Assembly: GCA_964516645.1 (NCBI GenBank)
Contig: CAZEXE010000004.1
Location: 1 to 41,232 of the forward strand
Source of the DNA: an uncultured Candidatus Poseidoniales archaeon
GTDB lineage: Archaea; Thermoplasmatota; Poseidoniia; Poseidoniales; Poseidoniaceae
Direction: 5' to 3'
DNA length: 41,232 bases
Shown: positions 17,883 through 27,269 of the stretch, in pieces
How positions within the stretch are numbered: position 1 is the stretch's first letter
Layout of the letters: each line of letters starts with the position of its first letter
The notes under the pieces: generated by a model
Seen by the model: only the letters and a program-made list of their open reading frames with translations
The model's database searches: none
What the model was told of the DNA's origin: nothing
Program-made: the position numbers and the translations under genes

Positions 17883-18560
17883 ATGCAAGCGTGGACAGAA
17901 GGTGAAAGATTGCACCTTGGGGCTGAAGCTGAAGTGATTTCAGGGTCTTGGCATGGACGTTCCGCGATATTGAAAAAGCGCAAACCAAGGGGCTGGAGAC
18001 ATCCTGATTTGGATGCAAGTCTTACCCGGAAACGTATGATTAATGAAATCAAACTGACGATTTGGTTGGCTCGTAAAGGGGCGCCTGTTCCTGCAATTTG
18101 GGATGTTGACATAGAAGAGGCCACCATTATCATGGAAAAAATCGAAGGTAGGCCCCTAATCGAAATTTTGCATTCCAATGAACACGATGAAGAATTACTA
18201 ATCAAAGTTGGAAAAGCAATACGAGAATTGCACCGTAATGCAGTTAATCATGGAGATTTGTCAACAAATAATATTCTGATCAACAAACAAAGAGAGGCTA
18301 TACTAATCGATTTAGGACTGGCAACTAGAGAATATGAATTAGAAGGATTTGGAATCGATTTGCATGTACTTCATGAAATTCTAAGAGCAAGTCACCCTGA
18401 TGTAAAGGGTGCAATGGATTTAGTTCTCAAAGGCTATCTTACATTGGATGAGGAATTAGGTGAACCCGAAGCAGCACCGGGTGGTATGCCTCCAAAAGCA
18501 GTAGATGTTGTCAAAAGATTAGAGCAAGTCATGAAGCGAGTTCGCTATCATGGTGGCTAG
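17883..18560 (+). CDS. bud32: KEOPS complex kinase Bud32
   Basis: GAEA loop, K..WRHPDLD..L, HGDLSTNN, IDLGL, DLHVL. Confidence 0.92.
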   Translation: MQAWTEGERLHLGAEAEVISGSWHGRSAILKKRKPRGWRHPDLDASLTRKRMINEIKLTIWLARKGAPVPAIWDVDIEEATIIMEKIEGRPLIEILHSNEHDEELLIKVGKAIRELHRNAVNHGDLSTNNILINKQREAILIDLGLATREYELEGFGIDLHVLHEILRASHPDVKGAMDLVLKGYLTLDEELGEPEAAPGGMPPKAVDVVKRLEQVMKRVRYHGG

Positions 18561-20613
18561 GTTCATTCGCTTCTTTTTGCCTTTGCATGATGTGAATGAA
18601 TGCCAGAGATATGAATAATATCACTCCGAATTTTAGCACATTGGAAGCATAAGGTTGTAGAGAAGGTTCTTTCGGTTGAACTTCTACACTGATGTCCCCT
18701 TCACTATTCATTTGCTGATACACATAATGGTCTTCCAATACCATTGGTGCCCATTGATCTAATTCATCTGCAGTCAACGGTTTTGTCAGATTTGTTGAAA
18801 GGTCATGAATGTATATTTCTCTGTCTGAATACTTCTCAGTAGCATTCAATGGGTCGATTTCAGTATACGCTGAATACATCAGAATCCCATGTCCTAAATG
18901 AGGGTCATACGCAGCAAATTTGTGGTCGGAAACAATCTTGCTTTCACCAGTTATAGTATCGAGTAGTATCAATCTTGAAGTTGCATTAACATCGATTGTT
19001 GCTGCAAGTTTGTCTTTTGAAATAGATATGTCTGTAATAGTTGCATTCTCTAAATCTACATTGAATCCTTCCTGAATAAGAATCTCGTCTTCTCCGGGAT
19101 CAGCAGTAGCATTTACTTCTATCGAAATCAATCCTTCACCATCTGCGATTCCAAGCTGAATGATGTCGGGATTGCTTGCAAACACCATTGCAATTTGACC
19201 ATTAGATGATTCAAACAAAATAATCGAATCACCTTGAACTGCATTAGGTCCTGTTTTCTCCATACCATCGAATGACAAATATCTGACTTGCCCATTCTCT
19301 AATACTGCAAAACAATCTTCTGACACAATTACTACATCGGTTGGTTCTTGAACTTCGATTGTGGTTTTGGCCTTGTCTGGATTATTCAAATCGATAACCA
19401 TCAATGTTGACTGATTAGCCATAACTAACATGTCTCCTTGAACATCATATGTTGAATTAGAATCCATTAACGGCTGGAATACATCGATTTCTGATTCTAA
19501 ATCGGATAAATCGTGAACTACCACCAAAGCAGATTCTCCTCTATCATCCAAAGTAATCAGCCATCCATCTGCCGCTTCCACGCCAACAGGTGCATCCACC
19601 CCCCCCGCGGGTATCGATTGATGAGTCAAATCCCAGGTGATAACTCCGGCTACCACAATCAATATCGCAGTCAAGATTGCCCCTGTTTCTTTGCTGGTCG
19701 GTTTAGCAAATCTTGTAACTTGTTGTACTGTATTTGATTTGATTACTTTGAATGCCCTACTGGGATTAGTCAACAAGGTAACCAAGCGAGCATTGATTGT
19801 TCGCTCATCAAGAATTCTCCAAAACGGATCTGCCATCTTGTTTGCAATATTTACCGCCACCGCTGCTACAATCATACCTCCGATGATATCCATAAACCAA
19901 TGAATACCAAGGTAAAGGATACAAAATGCAGTTAGCAAAATGAAGCCAAAGAGGATTCGGCGATAAACAATCCATCGCCCATCTGTATCGAATCTCAACA
20001 AACAAAGCCAAACAGCAAACGGGAATGCGATATGTAGACTTGGCATACCATTTGTCAGAGGATCGATTCGATGGAACCAATCATTAATTTCAGGTGTGTG
20101 ATTATAGGCCAAAGTTTCCATTCCGGGGATGTAGTTTCCTGTTACATGAACATTGAAGAACAAATAGAATGGGATTGCGAGAACATAAACCCAAAAAATG
20201 GCTAGACTGATTCTGTCAGCCATGTATCTATCATCGAAGTATGCGAAATAGAACACTGACACATAACAGATAACCATGAATCCAACTACATAGAAGTGCG
20301 TCAAGAAAGCGGTTAGCCAATCTGCCATGAAGGTCTCTTGAACCCACAGTGCCATGTCGCCTTCAATAGCATATATCCATGGAGTCATATTGAGCATTCC
20401 ATCAGTATTCGCCATGAGAATACGATCTACTTCATCCAAGAAATCCTTGGCGTTGTATATGATTAGAACGATTCCAATGTGTAGCCAATATCTACGAATA
20501 AAGTCGATGAAACCATGCATAGTCACCTTTGCCCAAGGCGGTTTAATCAGGGGCATTAGCAATACACCGATTGCCAATGCAGAAATCAACCAAGTAAGAT
20601 ATACACCATCCAT
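18529..20613 (-). CDS. PAP2-superfamily (AUR1/IPC-synthase-like) membrane enzyme fused to a C-terminal beta-rich extracytoplasmic domain
   Basis: GMPSLH and LGIHWFMDIIGG catalytic motifs, followed by a TM helix, about 320 aa of acidic beta-repeat-like sequence (EIYIHDLSTNLTKPLT..DQWAP) and a final TM helix. GGAGGT SD upstream. Confidence 0.8.
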   Translation of the reverse strand: MDGVYLTWLISALAIGVLLMPLIKPPWAKVTMHGFIDFIRRYWLHIGIVLIIYNAKDFLDEVDRILMANTDGMLNMTPWIYAIEGDMALWVQETFMADWLTAFLTHFYVVGFMVICYVSVFYFAYFDDRYMADRISLAIFWVYVLAIPFYLFFNVHVTGNYIPGMETLAYNHTPEINDWFHRIDPLTNGMPSLHIAFPFAVWLCLLRFDTDGRWIVYRRILFGFILLTAFCILYLGIHWFMDIIGGMIVAAVAVNIANKMADPFWRILDERTINARLVTLLTNPSRAFKVIKSNTVQQVTRFAKPTSKETGAILTAILIVVAGVITWDLTHQSIPAGGVDAPVGVEAADGWLITLDDRGESALVVVHDLSDLESEIDVFQPLMDSNSTYDVQGDMLVMANQSTLMVIDLNNPDKAKTTIEVQEPTDVVIVSEDCFAVLENGQVRYLSFDGMEKTGPNAVQGDSIILFESSNGQIAMVFASNPDIIQLGIADGEGLISIEVNATADPGEDEILIQEGFNVDLENATITDISISKDKLAATIDVNATSRLILLDTITGESKIVSDHKFAAYDPHLGHGILMYSAYTEIDPLNATEKYSDREIYIHDLSTNLTKPLTADELDQWAPMVLEDHYVYQQMNSEGDISVEVQPKEPSLQPYASNVLKFGVILFISLAFIHIMQRQKEANEPSHHDSELAS

Positions 20614-20674
20614 TGGAATGACCTCCTAGTTTTGTCCTGTCGTTAAGGCATACAAGTGTATTGCTACAACAAAT

Positions 20675-20691
20675 ACGCCCTTACAGGGCGT
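20675..20691. repeat. Inverted repeat ACGCCCT-TAC-AGGGCGT
   Basis: Perfect 7-bp arms, 3-nt spacer, immediately after the DUF971 stop. Confidence 0.55.
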
Positions 20692-20692
20692 T

Positions 20693-21040
20693 TTACCATG
20701 CTCCGTGAACATACGTCTTACCATTATCAGGGTCTTGTTTTTCTCCTAGACGCCAAATCCTCTCGAATCTGTGAATTCCTGATGAACAACCATTGGTCCA
20801 TTCAAATGCTAATGCATAATTTCCTACCGGCCTAACCGTTGGCTTTTCTTTGGGCAAATTTTCCACATTTCGACGTAATATCAATGAAGATTCATCGTCA
20901 TTCCTTTGCGGCCCACATTTTGCACAAGGGCATGCATGGCGTAAATCATCGTAAGTAATCTCATGCTCAGTACCATCCGACCAAGTCAGATGTATGTCCA
21001 ATTCTCTTCGCTCTAAGCGCTTTAACTCAGGGGTGCTCAT
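20693..21040 (-). CDS. DUF971 / GBBH-like N-terminal domain protein
   Basis: LTWSDG, LRHACPCAKC, PVGNYAL.FEW..GCSSGIH. ATG 21040 removes the overlap with mrp. Confidence 0.85.
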   Translation of the reverse strand: MSTPELKRLERRELDIHLTWSDGTEHEITYDDLRHACPCAKCGPQRNDDESSLILRRNVENLPKEKPTVRPVGNYALAFEWTNGCSSGIHRFERIWRLGEKQDPDNGKTYVHGAW

Positions 21041-21050
21041 CGATTTTCCC

Positions 21051-22055
21051 TCAAATGATTTCAAGTTCGCTACCTGATGAACCCGATTCAACCTTCGATT
21101 GTATTTTAGCAACCACTTCAGCGAAGGCTTGGGAGGCTTGACCCTCAGGTTCCGATACAATTCGATGAACTCCATCATCTCCACCTCTTACGAAGCCGGG
21201 GTCGAAAGGAAGTTTACCCAAGAAGGGGACACCAAACTCTTCTGCTGTCTTTTCTCCTCCACCCGCTTTGAAAATATCTAGAGTCCCCGCCCAGTGCCCA
21301 TCATCATCAGCAGTCACATGAATTGTTTTTCCGCCCGGTGCGGCCAGTTCAATTTCAGTCCCAGATGGGGCTTTGCCTCTAACTGTATAACCACTCATAT
21401 TCTCGATTACACCGATGACATCAACCTTCAATGAATTTGCGAAAGTAATCGATTTACGAGAATCAAGGAGCGCAACATCTTGAGGCGTGGTTACTATTAC
21501 CATACCGTCAATGTCTGGCAAATTCTGAGCCACAGTCAATGGCTCATCAGAAGTACCAGGTGGGAAATCGATAATGAGGTAATCCAATTCTCCCCAATCT
21601 ACATCGCCAATAAATTGTTGAATTGCTCCAAGTTTGATTGGTCCTCGCCAAACAACAGGTGTGTCTTCATCTTCTAGCAAGAATGCCATGGAGATCACCT
21701 TGACTCCTAAGTGGCCCTGCGCTGGATGAATTCTACCGTCTTCTACATTCAAACGACGGCCACCGAGTCCCATCATCTTTGGAACATTTGGCCCGGTAAT
21801 ATCTATGTCCAGTAATCCAACTTTCAGACCTTGTTGGGCCAATGAAAGAGCTAAACCAGTTGCTACAGTTGATTTGCCAACGCCACCTTTTCCAGATAGT
21901 ACCATTATTTTGTGTTTAATCGCTTTACCCATCTCTGAAATAGCCATCTTACGCTTCATTTGGTTATACGCTGCTTCCATCTTTTTCTGCTCTTCAGGAG
22001 AAGGGCCAGTTGGGGCATCGCCGGGGTTGTTTACCTTGACAGGAGAATCAGCCAT
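21051..22055 (-). CDS. mrp: Mrp/ApbC/Nbp35 family P-loop ATPase (atypical, cysteine-free)
   Basis: SGKGGVGKST, DIDITGP, VVWRGP, DWGELDYLIIDFPPGTSD, VTTPQ, IENMS; the CxxC motif is absent. Confidence 0.92.
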   Translation of the reverse strand: MADSPVKVNNPGDAPTGPSPEEQKKMEAAYNQMKRKMAISEMGKAIKHKIMVLSGKGGVGKSTVATGLALSLAQQGLKVGLLDIDITGPNVPKMMGLGGRRLNVEDGRIHPAQGHLGVKVISMAFLLEDEDTPVVWRGPIKLGAIQQFIGDVDWGELDYLIIDFPPGTSDEPLTVAQNLPDIDGMVIVTTPQDVALLDSRKSITFANSLKVDVIGVIENMSGYTVRGKAPSGTEIELAAPGGKTIHVTADDDGHWAGTLDIFKAGGGEKTAEEFGVPFLGKLPFDPGFVRGGDDGVHRIVSEPEGQASQAFAEVVAKIQSKVESGSSGSELEII

Positions 22056-22386
22056 TGGACGAAGGGGCGGGTGTGCCATACTTCAACCCTTTTTCAGTTC
22101 CATATTGCAAAATAATTGCCATACAGACCCACAGAATGATGTTCCAATCAAAGGACATTTCTGCATATGCCCAGCCCAATCCAGCACTCAAAGCGATTAC
22201 TGGGAACCTTGCATGGCGGGCGTCTCCCTTCAGTAAATGAAGGCAAAAACCTGCAAACATTGTTTGCAATGTGATAATTACCGCAACAATTCTGAAAAGA
22301 TGGTCAAAATCATTTGCTGCGGCAATAATATGAATCACAAATAAAAATGAAAATATGGCCGTATAGGCTGATATTGACTTCCACAT
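22048..22386 (-). CDS. Small hypothetical membrane protein (about 4 TM)
   Basis: 112-aa hydrophobic ORF overlapping the mrp start by 8 nt. Confidence 0.6.
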   Translation of the reverse strand: MWKSISAYTAIFSFLFVIHIIAAANDFDHLFRIVAVIITLQTMFAGFCLHLLKGDARHARFPVIALSAGLGWAYAEMSFDWNIILWVCMAIILQYGTEKGLKYGTPAPSSNG

Positions 22387-22439
22387 CTATTGAGGCTAGA
22401 TGCCATTGGTTCATATGTCTCTTCTGTGCACACCACACC

Positions 22440-22799
22440 ATGCGCCTATTATTCGTCTGTGTTGGAAATTCCTGTCGCTCGCAAATGGCAGAAGGAATTG
22501 CAAGGAGTCTTGGCCATGATGCTACCAGTGCGGGAACCCACCCTGCATCCCAAGTTAGTGCCAATGCTTTGAAAGTTCTTGAATCGAGAGATATTAACAC
22601 CGATGGACTATTTCCAAAACAAGTGAATGATATTGATTGGCAATCTTTTGACATGATTATTTCGATGGGGTGTGGAGTAAGTTGTCCAATGATTCGCATA
22701 GACCAAGATTGGGCTTTAGAAGACCCATATGGACAGACGCTTGATGCATTCGAAGCATGTGCTAAAATCATTGAAGAGAATATCAGAAATTTGAATTGA
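22440..22799 (+). CDS. arsC: Arsenate reductase / LMW protein-tyrosine-phosphatase family
   Basis: CVGNSCRSQMAEG P-loop, SAGT, MGCGVSCP, W..EDP. Confidence 0.85.
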   Translation: MRLLFVCVGNSCRSQMAEGIARSLGHDATSAGTHPASQVSANALKVLESRDINTDGLFPKQVNDIDWQSFDMIISMGCGVSCPMIRIDQDWALEDPYGQTLDAFEACAKIIEENIRNLN

Positions 22800-23246
22800 T
22801 TATTCTCCGATACTTAGCAGTTCTGCGCCTTGAGTGACTTGATCTCCCACTACATAGTGAATCGCTTCTACAACTCCATCACTGCCTGCGACGATTTTAT
22901 GCTCCATTTTCATCGCTTCCATAACCATCAATACATCTCCAACACTAACCGTTTGACCTTCGGTTACATGGACTTCGAGAATCTTACCAGGCATGGGTGC
23001 TGAAAGTCCACCATCATCATCTGAAGATGTTGCTCCAGCCTCTATGATTTCGTACTGAAGTGTGTGTCCCATCACATGTATCCACCAAACATCAACAACT
23101 TTTGTTGCTACGGCTTTGTGTTTTCTTCCATCAATTTCCAACCACAATTCTTGACCGGTGTGCACAACCATTCCCTCGTGAATAAAGGATGTGCCATCAC
23201 GAATAGCCTCGATTTCGATGCGCCCAGAAGAGGTCTTGAATTCCAT
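22800..23246 (-). CDS. Biotin carboxyl carrier subunit of an acyl-CoA carboxylase
   Basis: APMPG and EAMKME biotinylation motif; 1-nt overlap with the biotin carboxylase gene. Confidence 0.92.
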   Translation of the reverse strand: MEFKTSSGRIEIEAIRDGTSFIHEGMVVHTGQELWLEIDGRKHKAVATKVVDVWWIHVMGHTLQYEIIEAGATSSDDDGGLSAPMPGKILEVHVTEGQTVSVGDVLMVMEAMKMEHKIVAGSDGVVEAIHYVVGDQVTQGAELLSIGE

Positions 23247-24733
23247 CAGGGGAACCTCCTATTGATTGTAGAGAAAGGTGATGGCAAGACTGTATCTGTG
23301 CCAGTTGGCATAACAACTCTGCCATGGTTGGTAGATTCACATGCAGCAGCGAGTAGGAGTCCTGCATCGCTAACCATTGAATCCAAATCAGGCTTCCACC
23401 CCTCTGGCCACAACCTGTCAATCATGTCTGTCGTAGTCCAACCATCGACAACATCGGGGTGATTGCACAGTTCTCTCAAGAACCTAACATTCGTGGTGCA
23501 ACCTAGCACAACAAAATCATCTAATGCTCTACCCATTCGCTGCAGGGCCTCGTCTCTAGAAGGAGCCCAAACGATTAATTTGGCTAGCATCGGGTCGTAA
23601 TCTGGAGTTACTGCATCTCCTTCACGTACACCTGTGTCCAAACGGACACCTGGTCCAGACGGAGCGATAAATCGTTTCAATTCTCCAATAGCAGGAAGGA
23701 AATTATTTGCTGGGTCCTCTGCATATAATCGAACTTCAATCGCATGCCCTCTCATATTCAGTGAACCGCAACTCATCGCTTCTCCACCAGCTATTCTCAA
23801 TTGCTCTCGCACCAAATCAACACCAGTTACCATCTCGGTGACAGGATGTTCGACCTGAATTCTAGTATTCATTTCCAAGAAAAAGAACTCACCGGTTGGA
23901 GTGACGAGAAACTCTACAGTTCCCGCTCCTTCGTAATCTACTGCCCTTGCTGCATCACATGCTGCCTCTCCCATCGCTTCTCGCAATTCGGAATCTAAGG
24001 CAACACTTGGAGATTCTTCGAAAACTTTCTGATGTCTTCTCTGAATACTACATTCTCTCTCTCCAAGATGAATAGTACGACCAAACTTATCAGCCAAAAC
24101 TTGGATTTCGATATGGCGGCTTCCAGTCAGTAATCTCTCGATGTAGATTCTATCATCGCCGAAGGCATTGAGCGCTTCTCTCATCGCTGCTTTGGCTTCA
24201 CTTTCAAGATCCTCTTGTTTGTGAACTGCACGCATACCTTTACCACCACCGCCAGCGGTGGCTTTGAGCAAAAGTGGATATCCGACTGAAGGCGCTGCTT
24301 CGAGAACTTCATCAAGACCTCCAGAAACTTCTTCTCCAGGAATAACAGGCACTCCGGCCTGTTTCATAGTGATTCGAGCGGTCATTTTGTCTCCCATCTT
24401 TGTTATCGCTTCGGGTGAAGGGCCGACCCAAATTAATCCAGCATCCATCACTACTTGAGCAAAATCTGCTCGCTCGGAAAGGAATCCAAAACCGGGATGA
24501 ATTGAATCACAACCATTGGCGATTGCAATTTCCAAAATTTGCTCTTGATTCAGGTATGTCTCAGCTAATCCTTCTCCCTCGAGTTCAATCGCTATATCTG
24601 CAAGTTCGGTGAATAATGTCCCTGCATCATTAGCCGCATAAATTGCAACCCCTTCGATTTCTGCTTCTCGGCACGCTCGCAAAATACGGCATGCAATCTC
24701 ACCGCGATTTGCGACGAGAGTACGTTTGAGCAT
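23246..24733 (-). CDS. Biotin carboxylase subunit (methylcrotonyl-CoA carboxylase alpha, LiuD-like)
   Basis: ANRGEIA, HPGFGFLSE, GGGGKGMR, RECSIQRRHQK, EMNTRIQVEHPVTE, YDPMLAKL. Confidence 0.92.
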   Translation of the reverse strand: MLKRTLVANRGEIACRILRACREAEIEGVAIYAANDAGTLFTELADIAIELEGEGLAETYLNQEQILEIAIANGCDSIHPGFGFLSERADFAQVVMDAGLIWVGPSPEAITKMGDKMTARITMKQAGVPVIPGEEVSGGLDEVLEAAPSVGYPLLLKATAGGGGKGMRAVHKQEDLESEAKAAMREALNAFGDDRIYIERLLTGSRHIEIQVLADKFGRTIHLGERECSIQRRHQKVFEESPSVALDSELREAMGEAACDAARAVDYEGAGTVEFLVTPTGEFFFLEMNTRIQVEHPVTEMVTGVDLVREQLRIAGGEAMSCGSLNMRGHAIEVRLYAEDPANNFLPAIGELKRFIAPSGPGVRLDTGVREGDAVTPDYDPMLAKLIVWAPSRDEALQRMGRALDDFVVLGCTTNVRFLRELCNHPDVVDGWTTTDMIDRLWPEGWKPDLDSMVSDAGLLLAAACESTNHGRVVMPTGTDTVLPSPFSTINRRFP

Positions 24734-24737
24734 TGAA

Positions 24738-25574
24738 TCACTCCTCTGACTTCCAATTCGCATTTCGCTTTTCGAGAAAAGAAGTCAAACCTTCTTGGCC
24801 TTCGTCACTTCCACGCATTTTGCTTGTGAAATCTAGTGTCCAAAGGCGCAATGACTCATCATCGCCATCCCATCTATCGAATTCAAGTGTCAATTCCTTT
24901 GCAGCAGTTACTGCACATGGTCCTGTGGACAAGACTTCAGCGATTACTCCTGATTCATCTAATGAATCATCAACCGCATCAATCATTCCAATACGCAATG
25001 CTTCAGTTGTATCCATTCTTCCAGCCAACATTGCATGCCTGCGGAAATTAGCACTACCCATTCTTCGGTACACATACGGTCCAATCACTGCAGGTAGTAT
25101 TCCGAGTTTACCTTCAGACAATGCAATTTTCACTCCGGGCTTGCATATCACATGATCTAAGCATGCGATCAATCCAGCTCCACCACCTAAAGCAACTCCT
25201 TGGATTTTACCAACTGTGAAACATGGGTGTGACCACAAGCCGTTGAACAATGAATCGAGCCTTTCGGAATCCCTGCGATTTTCTTCAGGCGTATTTGCGC
25301 CAGCGTCTCGCATCATATTGATATCAGCGCCAGCACAGAAGTGCTTGCCTTCTCCTGACAATACTAGGACTCGAAGATATGGTGTACCGTCATCAGAAGT
25401 CAATTTGCCAACCTGTCCCACAGAATTCTGTGCAGTCCAAGAGAATACCTCGATTAATTCGGTTATCATCTGCACATTGAAGGCATTATATTTGTCAGGA
25501 CGGGCAAGGTTTACCCTTGCTATACATCCATCGATTTTCAATTGAATAAGTGAAGTTGTAGGTTGATTGTTCAT
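24738..25574 (-). CDS. liuC: Methylglutaconyl-CoA hydratase (LiuC-like crotonase)
   Basis: FCAGADINMM, GGGAGL, LSEGKLGILPAVIGPYV; lies between the two MCC subunits. Confidence 0.8.
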   Translation of the reverse strand: MNNQPTTSLIQLKIDGCIARVNLARPDKYNAFNVQMITELIEVFSWTAQNSVGQVGKLTSDDGTPYLRVLVLSGEGKHFCAGADINMMRDAGANTPEENRRDSERLDSLFNGLWSHPCFTVGKIQGVALGGGAGLIACLDHVICKPGVKIALSEGKLGILPAVIGPYVYRRMGSANFRRHAMLAGRMDTTEALRIGMIDAVDDSLDESGVIAEVLSTGPCAVTAAKELTLEFDRWDGDDESLRLWTLDFTSKMRGSDEGQEGLTSFLEKRNANWKSEE

Positions 25575-25609
25575 GTCTAATTCTCCAATTGTAAAATTTA
25601 TTTCTCCAA

Positions 25610-27220
25610 TTACATTCTGAATACTCCAAACCGATCATTTGGTAACTTAGCATTTTGACTTGCTGCTATACACAATCCTAGAACATCTCGGGAATCTCGT
25701 GGATCGATGATTCCATCATCCCATAATCGCGCTGTAGAATAGTATGGGCTACCTTCAGTTTCATACTTCTCAAGAATTGGTGCCCGGAACGATTCTAATT
25801 CATCACCCTGCATCGGCTCTTGTCCTTCCCTTGCTCTTTGATCTTGTTTGACTGTGGTTAGAACATCTGCTGCCTGAGGGCCCCCCATTACAGAGATTCG
25901 ACTATTTGGCCACATGAATAGGAAACGGGGGTCGTAAGCTCTGCCACACATTCCATAATTTCCAGCTCCATGTGAACCTCCAATAATGATGGTGAACTTT
26001 GGAACGTTCACACAAGATACTGCTGTTACCAGTTTCGCTCCATCTTTGGCAATTCCACCAGCCTCGTACGCCTTACCGACCATGAATCCTGTAATGTTCT
26101 GTAAGAAGACCAAGGGAATTCCTCTTTGACCACATAATTCAACGAAATGGGCGCCTTTCAGAGACGATTCTGAAAATAGTATTCCATTATTTGCAACGAT
26201 GCCAACCTTGTACCCGTGAATGTGTGCGAATCCACATACCAATGTCTGCCCATATCTCGATTTGAATTCATGGAATCTGCTTCCATCTACTATTCTTGCA
26301 ATGATTTCCTTTACATCGACTGGCGTACGATTATCTACAGGGATTAGACCAAGCAAGTCTTCTGTATCATGGAATGGTTCCTCAGCATCTATTCTTTCGA
26401 AAGGTGCTAATTCCCTTGTTCCTAAATTCTCAACAACATTTCGTACCATACGCAGAGCTTCAGTCTCATCTTCAGCGAAGTGATCTGCGACTCCACTTTG
26501 TGAAGTATGTATATCAGCACCTCCGAGTTCTTCAGCAGTTACTTCTTCACCAGTCGCTGCTTTCACCAGCGGTGGGCCTGCAAGGAAAATTGTCCCATTT
26601 CCTTTAACAATAATTGATTCGTCACTCATTGCAGGTACATACGCGCCACCTGCAGTACAACTACCGAGTACGGCTGCAACTTGGGGAATTCCGTCACCAG
26701 ACATCTTTGCTTGATTCCTGAAGATGCGTCCGAAGTGTCCAATATCCGGGAATACTTCATCTTGCATTGGAAGGAATGCCCCTCCTGAGTCTACGAGATA
26801 GATACATGGAAGATTATTCTCGTGAGCAACAGTTTGTGCACGAATATGTTTCTTTACAGTCATTGGATAATAAGACCCTCCTTTTACAGTAGCATCATTA
26901 GCCACGAAAAGGCACTCTCTTCCATGAATTAGACCAACGCCAGTTACTATTCCTGCACTGTTGGCTCTGCCGTCATACAATTCGAATGCAGCGAGTGGAG
27001 ATAACTCGAGAAAGGCAGTACCTGGATCGATGATTTTCTCAATTCTTTCTCTGGCCAATAATTTGCCACGGCTTCGATGTCTTTCGACATACTTGCCACC
27101 ACCACCTTCGCCCACCATATCTAGACGCTCACGCAAGGTTTCAATCAAATCTTGATTGTGTGTACGACGATTTTGGAAGTCCGGGTCAGCACGATTGACA
27201 CGAGTTGGTAGTCTATCCAT
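25610..27220 (-). CDS. liuB: Methylcrotonyl-CoA carboxylase beta (carboxyltransferase) subunit
   Basis: [66 protein letters not shown]-terminus. Confidence 0.92.
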   Translation of the reverse strand: MDRLPTRVNRADPDFQNRRTHNQDLIETLRERLDMVGEGGGGKYVERHRSRGKLLARERIEKIIDPGTAFLELSPLAAFELYDGRANSAGIVTGVGLIHGRECLFVANDATVKGGSYYPMTVKKHIRAQTVAHENNLPCIYLVDSGGAFLPMQDEVFPDIGHFGRIFRNQAKMSGDGIPQVAAVLGSCTAGGAYVPAMSDESIIVKGNGTIFLAGPPLVKAATGEEVTAEELGGADIHTSQSGVADHFAEDETEALRMVRNVVENLGTRELAPFERIDAEEPFHDTEDLLGLIPVDNRTPVDVKEIIARIVDGSRFHEFKSRYGQTLVCGFAHIHGYKVGIVANNGILFSESSLKGAHFVELCGQRGIPLVFLQNITGFMVGKAYEAGGIAKDGAKLVTAVSCVNVPKFTIIIGGSHGAGNYGMCGRAYDPRFLFMWPNSRISVMGGPQAADVLTTVKQDQRAREGQEPMQGDELESFRAPILEKYETEGSPYYSTARLWDDGIIDPRDSRDVLGLCIAASQNAKLPNDRFGVFRM

Positions 27221-27230
27221 GTCTGCCCCT

Positions 27231-27252
27231 CATTCTAACCGAAGGTAGAATG
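27231..27252. repeat. Inverted repeat CATTCT(A)ACC-GAA-GGTAGAATG upstream of liuB
   Basis: 9-bp arms with one bulge, GAA spacer. Confidence 0.5.
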
Positions 27253-27269
27253 CGACTTGAATCAACCGC

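Noticed and set aside
21041-21184. N-terminal extension of the DUF971 ORF; similar over-long starts at 4287, 5461, 13117, 22347, 24763, 33045 and 35709
   Set aside because: Most overlap neighbouring genes; downstream ATGs match the domain starts and in several cases have SD motifs
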